DNA from: Octopus vulgaris | Lineage: Eukaryota | DNA length: 64,000 bases | Reading direction: 5' to 3' | NCBI GenBank assembly: GCA_951406725.2 | Contig: OX597829.1 | Span: 23,312,001 to 23,376,000, forward strand | Shown: one piece after another, positions 13,640 through 26,021 of the stretch | How positions within the stretch are numbered: position 1 is the stretch's first letter | Layout: the number at the start of each line of letters is the position of its first letter | Notes under the pieces: generated by a model | Told to the model about the DNA's origin: nothing | Database searches by the model: none | What the model saw: only the letters and a program-made list of their open reading frames with translations | Made by a program: the position numbers and the translations under genes

Positions 13640-13766
13640 CAACATCATTAAATGCAACCGGTGGGCCCGAATCAACAATCTCATTTAAAATGAGGTTAGC
13701 CAATTTTTTGTCAACGTTTTTAAAACTAGCAGGTAACTGTTTTTCTTTTTTCGGAGAGCTTTTCAT
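13640..13766 (-). CDS. SPAST: Spastin exon entering the AAA domain (MKSSPKKEKQLPASFKNVDKKLANLILNEIVDSGPPVAFNDV)
   Basis: ttctttcag|ATG and G|gtaagt, 127 bp. Matches human [26 protein letters not shown]. Confidence 0.96.
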
Positions 13767-13923
13767 CTGAAAGAAAACAGCTTTAATAAGATCTCATACC
13801 AATTTTCTAAAACATATTTATTCCTCTAAAATTCCTTGACACTCCTGAATATATATCAAAGAATACAGTGAGAACTGGACAACAGGAGAATACTAGATAA
13901 TGTTACTTTTAAATTTGTATTAA

Positions 13924-14124
13924 TCCTTTAGCATTTAAACTGGCCATATCCAGCCCAAATATTCTATCTGTTTTATGTTCAAACAGGCCTTTCACACCTA
14001 CTCTGCAAAAAACAAAAATATTCTAAAAACAATCACATCATCAAAATCTCAAAGCTATGATCAATTGAAAACAATGTGAATAAATAAGCATTACATCTGA
14101 CAGAGTAATCTAAATGCTAAAAGG
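13924..14124. mobile_element. piggyBac-like MITE
   Basis: ttaa|tcctttagcattt...aaatgctaaaagg|ttaa. Confidence 0.75.
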
Positions 14125-14390
14125 TTAAAAGACATAACATTACAGGCGTTTTAGAGAAAATATTTGTTTATTTTTTCTAACTTAATTTACTGTCACTCTG
14201 TCGGTTATGACGAAGAGGGTTCCAGTCGATCTGATCAATGGAACAGCCTGCGCATGAAATCAACATGGAAGTGGCTGAGCACTCCACAGACACTGTGGAG
14301 AATTGTACCCTTAATGTAGTTCTCAGGGAGATTCAGCATGACACTGAGTGTGACACGATTGGCCCTTTGAAATACATGTACTACTCATTT

Positions 14391-14801
14391 GGAGTGGCTG
14401 TGTGGTAAGTAGCTTGCTAACCAACCACATGGTTCCGGGTTCAATCCCACTGCGTGGCATCTTGGGCAAGTGTCTTCTACTATAGCCCCGGGCCGACCAA
14501 TGCCTTGTGAGTGGATTTGGTAGACGGAAACTGAAAGAAGCCTGTTGTATATATGTATATATATATGTGTGTGTGTGTGTGTGTTTGTGTGTCTGTGTTT
14601 GTCCCCCCACCAACATTGCTTGACAACCGATGCTGGTGTGTTTTACGTCCCCGTCACTTAGCGGTTCGGCAAAAGGGACCGATATAATAAGTACTGGGCT
14701 TACAAAGAATAAGTCCCAGGGTCGAATTGCTCGACTAAAGGCGGTGCTCCAGCATGGCCGCAGTCAAATGACTGAAACAAGTAAAAGAGAGTAAAAGAGT
14801 A
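14391..14801 (+). mobile_element. SINE family A
   Basis: TGGCTGTGTGG A box, GGTTCAATCCC B box, gtaaaagagt tail. Confidence 0.9.
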
Positions 14802-14965
14802 TGAGAAAAATGTAAAAATTTAAGACCCATAAAATCAGATAAAATATATAGAATTTTTATTGCATAAAAACAAAACTGTTTTGCCTTAACAATGGTAGCC
14901 ATAAAAAGAATTCCAATCATATTGACTTTGTCTAAATAAAATAATAATAATAAAAAGTAACTTAC

Positions 14966-15123
14966 ATCAGGTTGTGATAACTGTCGTTTGTGAACCTGTT
15001 TTTTGGGTGATAAAGTTGGACTTTCTCGCAGGGTTGAAGTTGATGTACTTCTAGTTCGAGGTAACGTGTTGCTTTTATGCACTAGTAATTGATTTTTGGA
15101 TGGCTTTAATGGTTTTGTTGCAA
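14966..15123 (-). CDS. SPAST: Spastin exon, basic Ser/Thr-rich microtubule-binding linker (VATKPLKPSKNQLLVHKSNTLPRTRSTS...QLSQPD)
   Basis: atacttttag|TT and GAT|gtaagt, 158 bp, phase 1-0, in frame with the next exon. Confidence 0.85.
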
Positions 15124-16067
15124 CTAAAAGTATAAAAATAATCAATCATTTAATACAAGGTAATAACATTGTCTCTTTTTCTTATTAATCCAACTCCTTG
15201 TTCTCTTCTCACTCTCTCTGTTTTTCTCCCTCTCCACTCATGTCTCTACAGCATGTTTCTCTCTTCCTCTCCATTCATTTCCCCTTTCACTTTTATCTTC
15301 TCTTATCCATATCTACCACATCTCCTTACCATATGTTATTTTTTAATGGCAACACTGCCTCACAAGCTAGTACAACACCCTAAGTGGTTGTCATAATTTT
15401 GGCTCAAGTCAACCACTATCTAAGCAAATCCATAACAATGTGTAACAAAATTTTTATTTCTATTTTATTGCCTTTGGTCAGTGTTATTTCCTATTTGCTT
15501 CTATCTAGAAATCAAAGGAAATGACAATTATTCCCTTCAAACTTTGCTTTTGTCACTAGATATCAATGTTTAGAAACTGACCTATTTTCCATTACATTTC
15601 AGACAGATTCACTGCTGAAGCAGAAATATCGTTATAGCAAATATTCTGCTCAATACTACAGATCAGTTGTCAGTTGCTTAACCTTAATCATTTAAGCATA
15701 TCCCTTAGTGGTTGACAATTTGTACATCTCTGATGATGAGCAGGAGTAGTGAGGGGGAGCATCATAGTCATGAGTTGAGAGAAAATCTTTGGGCTTTGAA
15801 TAAATGTAACAAAAACAAATTTTGATGGAAATATTAGCCACTTTTCATACTTCCTAGGGGTAAGCAAATAGGAAATAACAGTTACTACTGAAGGACAAAA
15901 ACTGTGTTAGACAGCATAATCAAAGGTGTTTTCAGTCTTGACCATCCAACCTTTCCCCAGGCACAGTTCATTCAGAACAATATTATCAAATACGTCTCTC
16001 TCTCTCTCTATTCATCCATGCTAAGGTGTGGTATGAAGAATATTTGGTTAATATCCTTCATACCACT

Positions 16068-16462
16068 TACTCTTTTACTTGTTTCAGTCATTTGACTGTG
16101 GCCATGCTGGAGCACTGCCTTTAGTCAAGCAAATCGACCCCAGGACTTATTCTTTGTAAGCCTAGTACTTATTCTATCGGTCTCTTTTGCCAAACCGCTA
16201 AGTTACTGGGACTTAAACACACCAGCATCGGTTGTCAAGCGATGTTGGGGGGACAAACACAGACACACAAACATATACACACGCATACATATATATATAT
16301 ACATACAACGGGCTTCTTTCAGTTTGCTTCTACCAAATCCACTCACAAGGCTTTGGTAGGCCCGAAGCTATAGTAGAAGACACTTGCCCAAAGAGCCATG
16401 CAGTGGGACTGAACCCAGAACCATGTGGTTTGTAAGCAAGCTACTTACCACACAGCCACTCC
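16068..16462 (-). mobile_element. SINE family A
   Basis: Reverse complement of the same consensus. Confidence 0.9.
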
Positions 16463-17872
16463 TTTGCCTTTACTTCTTGCAAGTTGAGCAACTACATAGA
16501 GGCTCAATCACCCCTTCAAGAGCTGACCACAAAATTTAAAAACACATTTCCTCAAGATGAAGTCAGTGAATTATTGTTTGAAGTCTGCCAGCCACAACTG
16601 AAGACAACATTATAGACAGCTCATTTAAGTTTGACTACAAATTGGACACTTTGCATCTATTTACCTTTTTACTTTTTCCAGTCATTAGACTGCAGCCATT
16701 CTGGGGCATCACCATCAAGTAGTTTTAGTTGAATGTACTGACCCCAGTACTCGATTTTTTAAAGCCTGGTACTTATTCTATCAGTTCTTTTGCCAAACCG
16801 ATAAGTTACAGGAATGTGAACAGCAGCACCAGTTGTCAAGCAGTGATGGTGGGGGCAAACACACACACACACACACATATATGTGATACGCTTCTTTCAG
16901 TTTCCTTCTACCAAATCCACTCAAAAGGTTTTGGTTGGTTCGGGGTTACAGTAGATGGCATTTGTCTGAGATGCCATGCAGTGGGACTGAACCACAAACC
17001 ATGTGGTTGGGAAGCAACCATGCATGCAGGCACTCTTCCACATTTTAGGACCAAGAGTCACCAGCTTAAGCATTGATGGCACAGAAATCTTCTCCATCCC
17101 AGTCTTTGAAGCTCTGCCATTATGTGTGTGTGTGTGTGTGGGTAAGTAGGGGTTCAATCTCCAAGAAACAGTAGCTATTCCCTAGGCGCAACACAGTCGG
17201 GAAATAGACAGGATGATCATAACTGGAACACCACTGACTATAGATCTGTTTAATAAGGACCGACCTGGAGTTAAACAACAATATTCTTGAGAGGAAACTA
17301 TGTCTTTCATTAATTATAATTCCAGATATCCAGGTACCATATTATACATCATCAGTAAATAGTGAGACTGTCTTTGTCTTTTGCATTTTCATCCACTTCC
17401 AATTCATTTGCTTAAATTTCAAGCTCTTAGTGAGCAACACAGAACATTTCCAATGTTAATACACTAATTACTTCTGTTATCTTTTACCGTTTACTTGCTT
17501 TAGTCATTGGACTGTAGCCAAGCTGTGGCCCTACTTTGCAGGGTTTAGTTGAACAAATCAACTCTAGAATTTATATTTTCTTAAGTCTGGTACTTATTCT
17601 GTCTCTTTTGCTGAACTGTTAAGTTGTGGGGATGTAAACAAACTAACATTGGTTGTCGAGTGGTGATGAGGGACAAACAAAGACACACACACACACACAG
17701 ACACAAATCTATAAAAATCCACTCATAAAGTTTTGGTGAGATGGAGCTATGGCAGAAGACATTTTTCCCAAGGTGCCATGCAGTAGGACTTGACCAAGAG
17801 CCATGTGGTTCGGAACCAAACTTCTTATCAGAGAGTCATGCAAGTAACAATTTTCTGGTCTCAGTTAGCATC

Positions 17873-17910
<38 letters not shown>

Positions 17911-18381
17911 CATGCCTATGGAGCATGCTAACTTAAGAAATATGAAAGCTGGCTGTTGCCAGTGCCATGTGAATGGCACCCACAGAATCGTAATTGTAGC
18001 CATTACCAGTAGCATGATCTTCAAATGTCAGGCTTAACAGACATGATGACAAGTGACCAAGACCTTTTGACAATATGCTGTGCTTATGAAGACTCATCAA
18101 GCCAAATGAAATTGTAGTTGTGGCTGTTGGTGATGTCATGTAAATGTAACGTAAAACGCACCCATTACACTCTCTGAGTGGTTGGCATTAGGAAGGGCAT
18201 CCAGTCATAGAAATCATGCCAAAGCAGACTGGAACCTGGTGTAGCCCTCCGGCTTACCAGTTTCCGTCAAACCCATGTCAGCATGAAAAGTGGACATTAA
18301 ATGATAATGATGATGATGATGATGATGATGACAATTGCATTTCATGCTAAAACTACTTCAAAATTTTGCCTCTGTCTGTGC

Positions 18382-18421
<40 letters not shown>

Positions 18422-19979
18422 ACGTGCGCGTTTGTGGCAGTTAAAAATTGATTAGTATAGCTTTATATGACTTTCCAAAATTCTATAGACTAAACAGACA
18501 CTTTGCAAATATCAACCACTCATGTGGGAAATGATATCTCAGACTTGAGTGAGTTCAGCAACAGAGTAACGCTAGAGTTGCTATGCAACAGGAATTCTCA
18601 GTAGATGCCCACTAACGATAATTGATTACAATAAGAGTGAATCAAGGTCCAGAGTAAGGTTCTACCAGGAGAATGGCAGCTAATTTAGTGGAGCCTACTT
18701 CTGGAAGCTGGTGATGGTTGTTGCACAGAACAGCACAGAATATCCATCCATCACAGTCAGATGATTGTGCACTTTAAACTAATGTGTGCGTGTGTGCATG
18801 CATGAGTGTGTGTACATGTATATATGTGCATGCATGTGTCTCTATGTATGTATGTTTATACATGTATGTGTGTGCGTGCACATGTATGTGTAAATGCATG
18901 TGTTTTTATGTGTGAGTATATATCTTCTACTATAATAATACTCGTGTCTTTCTCCATCACAACATAAGAGAGAAAGGAAGGAGTGATAGATGAATAAGGA
19001 AGGAAGGGGTAGTGGTAAACTGGTAGTGGGAGTGTTTCAAATGTGTGTGTATGTAAAAGGGAGTCGTGTGTGTGTGTGTTCAATGGAAGTGGGACAGTGA
19101 ACTTTCAATGCTGAAAAGAAAAATCAAACAGCGTTTCAACTCTGTGCAAGTATATGTGTATGCATGTACAAGTGAAAGTATGTGTGAATTGGTGTTCTTT
19201 CAGTAACAAACAATAATCAATGTCACATCTCAAAAGACAATAACTAGGCAACATTGTCAAGTGTATTAATTTGATTTACCATCCATATATATATAAAATA
19301 CTACAATTAACCAGCATTTTTGATGGCACGGGGCCAACTAATAATAATAATACTAATAATCATCATTTAATGTCCATTTTCCATGCTTGCATGGATCAGA
19401 CAGAGTTTTATTGAAAAGAATTTTCTATGCTCTTTTTCTATGACTTTCCTGTCACTGACCCTCACCTGGAAAATAATGTTTGCCCCATGGCCAGATACTT
19501 TCTTGCAGAGTATTGGAAATTAACAACAGTTATTTGCAATTATCATAAATGATAAAACAATCATTTACAACTAATGCCTCTTCAGCCTTTCAGGTCCTCC
19601 AGGACTGAAAACAAGAATGGAGAAAGTCGTTTGCAGCCCAGAGGCCCTTTGCTGAAATGCTTGTAACATAGTGGACTTTGCTGAAAGGCACCCAAGGGTC
19701 ACTTAATGATGTTAAACTAGGTGATGGATTAATTCCACAACCTAATAACTGCTCTTCAATGAAATGAAGTACTGAAAGTGCTTTAATCCTTTAGTATTTA
19801 ATCTGACTATATCCAGCCCAAATATTTTACCTGTTTTATGTTCAAACTGACCAGACCCAACCTCTCACACATATCCTACAACGTCGTTCTAAAAATATAC
19901 AAAGACACCATTGAAATTTTGAAGCTACAAGATAATGCACGATTAAAATTCAAAACAATGTGAATTAATAAGCATTACA

Positions 19980-20385
19980 GGCGCAGGAGTGGCTGTGTGG
20001 TAAGTAGCTTGCTAACCAACCACATGGTTCCGGGTTCAGTCCCATTGCGTGGCATCTTGGGCAAGTGTCTTCTGCTAAAACCCCGGGCCGACCAATGCCT
20101 TGTGAGTGGATTTGGTAGACAGAAACTGAAAGAAGCCTGTCGTATATATGTATATATATATATATATGTGTATGTGTGTGTTTGTCCCCCTAGCATTGCT
20201 TGACAACCGATGCTGGTGTGTTTACGTCCCCTGTAACTTAGCGGTTCGGCAAAAGAGACCGATTGAATAAGTACTGGGCTTACAAAGAATAAGTCCCGGG
20301 GTCAATTTGCTCGACTAAAGGCGGTGCTCCAGCATGGCCGCAGTCAAATGACTGAAACAAGTAAAAGAGTAAAGAGTAAAGAGTA
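19980..20385 (+). mobile_element. Full-length SINE family A inserted in a piggyBac-like MITE
   Basis: attaca duplicated at both ends; the host MITE resumes. Confidence 0.92.
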
Positions 20386-22412
20386 TTACATTTGACAGAG
20401 CAATCAGAAATGCTAAACAAATGTTTGCAAAGTTATTCTAAATGATATCAAAACACTTATAAAGTCAATAACAGTTTTTCCAATCTAATCTATGCAAATG
20501 CTTGTTAATACAGTTTTGTTTTGTTTACTGTTTGTTTATCATGCTAACACGGCTTAGATGGGAATAAATTTGAGGCAGGATTTTTATGGCTACAATCATT
20601 TCTTGTTTGCCAAACCTTGTTTGTTTTTCAAGTAAAAGACATTTTTTTTTAAAATGCAGGCAAATTTAAGGTTGCAGAGCTAGTAGGCAATCTGTAATAG
20701 CCTAACCACAAACAACACTGACATCAACTATATTTATATTTCTAGGTAGTTTTGTAAAACATTCACACACAAGCACACAAATATACACACACCACATTCA
20801 CATACACAAATGCCAGGCTGCCACAAAGTTTTCCATTAGCAATTTCCTCCTCACAAAGCATTGGTTAGCCTAGGGTTATAAAAGAAAATACTTCCCAAGC
20901 TGTTGCACCATTCTCTAAATAATTAAATTCAAACATTGTTCATAAATGAGAAAACAAGATTAGTAACACATTAGCATTTGTTACCTTCAAAGAACTGTAA
21001 GATGTTAAAAATGAAGGAATTAGTGATTGGTAACTTGATTCATCAAAGCTTTGTCATATAAAAGATGGTATTAGAAAAACATTAGTAAATCATTAACCCT
21101 TTACATATCCAAAGCATTTTCATAAGTCTGTCCTAAATGTCCATGCTTATTATCAAACTTTTAGCTAGCTGTCATTTCATGCGTTTTGAGTGATATAAAG
21201 CTTTCCTTTCATAAGTCTTGAGTTAGACTGGTGGTTGGAAAAAAAATAGTACTTAGGAATGTTCATCGTCTTTGACACATGGCTACTGGGGAAACACAGG
21301 ACAGGCAAAGGGTTAAAAGAGAGAGAGAGAGAGAGAAAAGAAACTGAAGACTTAGAATATTTTAGTTTGGAAGTCATGCAGTAACCACAGCCAATTATCA
21401 AAGAAATAACAAGGATAATGAAATGAACAGATTAGAAGAAATGGAATTCCTGCTGTAAAGTATGAAATGTGAGTACCAAGCGTTCTATAAAAACATGCTA
21501 TGTTAAACACAGAACCATGTGATAATGACAAGTTTCTAGATTCACCTATATTACACCCAATGTTTTATAAAGGTCTTCTTGGTAAAAAGTTTTTCCAATA
21601 TTTCAAACTACTTTAGTCACATTATTTCATAAATTTATTATTAAATATACGTTTTTTTCCTAAATCTCTCACCCCTAGACACACTTGCCATGAGGCATGT
21701 GTGCATCAAATCTCATTAAATATTAACATTTGCTTTTACAGCCTTCCAGCAGTCAACTTTAATTTCTCTAATCATGGAAGCAATTGGCAAACTAGCAAAG
21801 TAGGGAAGTTGCCCCTGATATAAATAATTCCTATTACTTAGCATACTGCTTACTGACTGTTGTTGCTGTTTAACCACAGGTCAAATCTGGCCTATGATCA
21901 AAGGCACTCCAGCCATAATGATCTCAATCTTCTCTCAGATATTGCCTAATAAATGTACGCCTTCTTTTCAAGACAATGGTGTGAGTGGCCACTTTACTGG
22001 CACATAGGTAAATGCAGAAATACCCTCACTGCTGACTAAACAACAACAACAAAAATCTTAGATTATACACATCTTTTGCTATATTCCTTACATACATATA
22101 TATTATACATATGCATATGAATGTGTGTGTGTGTATATATATATATATCATCATCATCATCGTTTAACGTCTGTTCTCCATGCTAGCATGGGTTGGACGG
22201 TTCAACCGGGGATCTGGGAAGCCAGAAGGCTGCACCAGGCTCTGGTCTTATCTGGCAATGTTTCTACAGCTGGATGCCCTTCCTAACGCCATATGTATAT
22301 ATATATATGTATATATACACACTCATTTTTTATTCTTTTACTTGTTTCAGTCATTTGACTGCGGCCATGCTGGAGCACCGCCTTTAGTCGAGCAAATCGA
22401 CTGGTTGGTGGA

Positions 22413-22640
22413 TTACTTCCATCGTGCAACAGAAAACCAGTTTAAAAATTCCTGAGCTTTCTCTAAGGAGCTCACTACTAGTGCAGCATCATCTGCAACA
22501 AGTAGATCACAAATAATACTGGTGTGTATCAGAGTTCTGGCTTTGAAACACTGATGATCGAATAGTCCACCACTTGTTCGAAAATGGAATTTGACAACAC
22601 TTTGTATGTCGCCAAAAGCATACCTCAGAATCACTGATAT
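22413..22640 (-). mobile_element. RTE/BovB-like reverse transcriptase fragment
   Basis: FRTSGGLFD...KART...ICDLLVADDAALV resembles the RTE RT region around (F/Y)ADD. Confidence 0.8.
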
Positions 22641-22963
22641 CACGTAAAAAGCACTATCCGACTCGTGGCCGATGCCAGCACCGCCTCGTCTGGCTTCCGT
22701 GCCGGTGGCACATAAAATACACCAATCCGACCGTGGCCGTTGCCAGCCTCGCCTGGCACCTGTGCAGGTGGCACGTAAAAAGCTCCCACTACACTCACGG
22801 AGTGGTTGGCGTTAGGAAGGGCATCCAGCTGTAGAAACACTGCCAGATAAGACTGGAGCCTGGTGCAGCCTTCTGGCTTCCCAGATCCCCGGTCGAACCG
22901 TCCAACCCATGCTAGCATGGAGAACGGACGTTAAACGATGATGATGATGATGATGATGATGAT
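22641..22963 (+). mobile_element. RTE 3' UTR copy
   Basis: Same UTR ending in (GAT)n. Other copies at ~2005-2450, 3205-3400, 8365-8600, 10050-10300, 17950-18330, 22148-22291, 24625-24840, 41330-41560, 52420-52583. Confidence 0.85.
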
Positions 22964-22977
22964 ATGTGTGTATATTA

Positions 22978-23328
22978 TCGCTATGGGCTCTGTGTGGGCA
23001 GTCATCTAAAAGTTTTTGTTCATCTTGATGCTGACATAAATTCCTTGTTTTTCCTGATGAGAAGGCGGCATAATGCACCCCTTATTCCTTCGAAATTAGG
23101 AATATGCAGCCTTCGAAACATATGTCGAGAATAAAGGAATTTTGTTAAATCGTCGTTCAACTCCATTCTTTCATTTATTTGTATTAAAAAAAAAACACAC
23201 AAATTTCCACACGAAAGCACGTGATCTCTGCCCTTGGCATGTAGCTTCAACCGTGTTTTTCTGACGTGAATTTGCTACCCAGGTATCAGTTAACCGAATT
23301 ATACATACTAAGATAATTCATTCAACTA

Positions 23329-23330
<2 letters not shown>
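22978..23330 (+). mobile_element. Hammerhead-carrying insert (retrozyme-like or Penelope pseudo-LTR-like)
   Basis: ~350 bp CpG-retaining block between simple-repeat tracts that contains the hammerhead. Boundaries approximate. Confidence 0.5.
23032..23147 (+). ncRNA. Type I hammerhead ribozyme, antisense to spastin
   Basis: CTGATGA 23054-23060; helix II gaaggc-g-gcata / tatgc-a-gccttc; GAAA 23115-23118; palindromic helix III ACATATGT; GTC cleavage triplet 23124-23126; helix I aaattccttgtttttc / gagaataaaggaattt. Confidence 0.85.
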
Positions 23331-23385
<55 letters not shown>

Positions 23386-23629
23386 GTGCGTGTGCGTGTG
23401 TGTGATTTTGGAGAGATATATTATCAGGGCAGATACCATATTAGCTCTCAATTAAGTTCCAGTTAACAGCTAACCACAATGATAAAGCTGCACTGACAAT
23501 ATTGCAAGGTTGCATTTGCAACAGTGAGTAGCCGCTGCAGCGGAAACACATCTAGGTCATTGTAATATGCTGTATATAACTATAAAATAAATTTTGTGAA
23601 TGCACAAGTCTCCATACTCTCTATTATGT

Positions 23630-23860
23630 ATTTCTTTACTACCCACAAGGGGCTAAACATAGAGGGGACAAACAAGGACAGACGAAGGGATTGAGTCGAT
23701 TATATCGACCCCAGTGCGAAACTGGTACTTTATTTATCGATCCCGAAAGTATGAAAGGCAAAGTTGACCTTGGCGGGATTTGAACTCAGAACGTAACGAC
23801 AGATGAAATACCGCTAAGCACATCACCCGGCACGCTAACGTGTCTGCCAGCTCACCGCCT
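23630..23860 (-). mobile_element. SINE family B
   Basis: Head aggcggtgagctggcaga, B box gagttcaaatcc, central gcctttcat..tttcggg.tcgataaa..aagtaccag block (from memory it resembles Deu/Nin-type SINE domains). Confidence 0.82.
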
Positions 23861-24098
23861 TGCATACTCTCTATTATGTGTGTGTGTGTGTATGGCTTAG
23901 TGGTTAGATCATAATTTCAATTCCTAGACCAGATGGTCTAGGAATTTTACATTGCTCTGCAATCACTTCAACACCTGACACATGGCACACCGTGCACCTG
24001 TTCAGGCACGAACATTTGATCACCATAAACAAATCATTTGTGCAAGTTGTTCTGCAAAAGCTGAATACTCATATGTTATCTTCAAAGGAAGAGTCCAC

Positions 24099-24131
<33 letters not shown>

Positions 24132-24623
24132 AATAAGCAACCCTTGGGGTTTGTTGTCTCAAAAGCTGCATAATGACCTCAACAGTGCCAGTCTCAAGTC
24201 AAAAACACCTAGTACACACTGCATTGTAGGGTAGTTGGTATTAGGAAGGGCATCCAGCCGTAGAAACCAAAGCAAAATACACACTGAGCTCAGTGCAGTC
24301 CTTAGACCTCAACAGATCATATCAACACATGCCAGCATGGAACATGGACATATGACGAGGGTGATGATGATGATGAAGATGATCATATATGTAATTGGAT
24401 ATGTATATAAATACATAACGTTTAGTAAAATCTAATACTTGTTGTTCGGTAATTCAATAATCATTTCCGTATTGTGCTAAGAACAATACCAAATTATACT
24501 TTACTTTGCAAGAGCTAATTAAACTGATAGAAATTGCCAGGAGAAACTGATGAAAATGTTAGGTCTCAGACGGTAAACAAATTCACCGATACATTATCCA
24601 GCAAGACAACAATGCTGATGAAG

Positions 24624-24655
<32 letters not shown>

Positions 24656-26021
24656 TTAGCGTCTGTTTTCCATGCTAGCATGGGTTGGACGGTTCAACTG
24701 GGGTCTGTGAAGCCAGAAGGCTGCATCAGGCCCAGTCTGATCTGGCAGTGTTTCTACGGCTGGATGCCCTTCCTAATGCCAACCACTCCGTGAGTGTAGT
24801 GGATGCTTTTTACGTGCCACCCACACAGGTGCCAGACGGAGATAATAATAATAATAATAATAATAAAAATAATAATCTTTTTTACTAAAGGCACAAGGCC
24901 TGAAATTTTGAGGGAGGGGACTAGTTGATTATATTTACCCCATTACTCGACTGGTACTTAATTTTATTGACCCTCAAGAGGATGGAAGGCAAAGTCAGCC
25001 TCTGCAGAATTTGAACTCAGAACATAAATATGGGCAAAATAATAATAATGCTTTCTACTGAAGGTACAGGGCCTGAAATTTAGGGATGTGGACGAGTCAA
25101 TTACACTGATCCCTATGTTTCACTGGTACTTAATTTATCAACCCTGAAAGGATGAAAGGCAAAGTTGACCTCGGCAGAATTTGTACTAAGAATGTAGCAA
25201 TGGTCGAAATACTGCTAAGCATTTCGCCCGGTGTGCTATCGATATTGCCAGCTTGCCACCTTAATTAATAATAATAATAATAATAATAATAACAATAATA
25301 AATTCTACCATAGGTACAAAGACTGGAAGCTTTGTAGGAAGGGGACTAGTCAATTATATCATCTCCAGAGCTGAACTGGTACCTATTTTATCGACTCCAA
25401 AAGGATGAAAGATAAGGGTGACCTTAGAACATAAAACCAGAAGAAGTGCCACTGAGCATTTTGTTTGGCATTGCTAACAATTCTGCCAGTTTGCCACCTT
25501 AATGATAATAATTAATGATAAATAACAATAATGATTGCTTCTGATTTAGGCACAAGTCCATCAATCTTGAGAGGAGGGGGTTAGTTGATCAACCTCAGTA
25601 TTTGATTGGTACTCTCTTTTACTCTTTTACTTATTTCAGTCATTTGACTGCGGCCATGCTGGAGCACCACCTTTTAGTACTTATTCTATCGGTCTCTTTT
25701 TGCCGAACCGCTAAGTGACGGGGACCTAAATACACCAGCATCGGTTGTCAAGCAATGCTAGGGGGACAAACACAGACACACAAACACACGCATACATATA
25801 TATATACATATATACGACAGGCTTCTTTCAGTTTCCGTCTACCAAATCCACTCACAAGGCATTGGTCGGCCCGGGGCTATAGCAGAAGACACTTGCCAAA
25901 GGGGTGAAAATGAAAACTGGGTTTGAACTCAGAATATTGTGTAATGCAACTTTATGTTGTAAAGCATTTTGTTCAACACTTTAACAATTCTGCCAATCTA
26001 CTTCCCTTGCTCCAGATAATA

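Noticed and set aside
24547-24600. Another CTGATGA as a possible hammerhead (also ~10033, 22551, 29582, 38173)
   Set aside because: No helix II followed by GAAA, and no helix I pairing.
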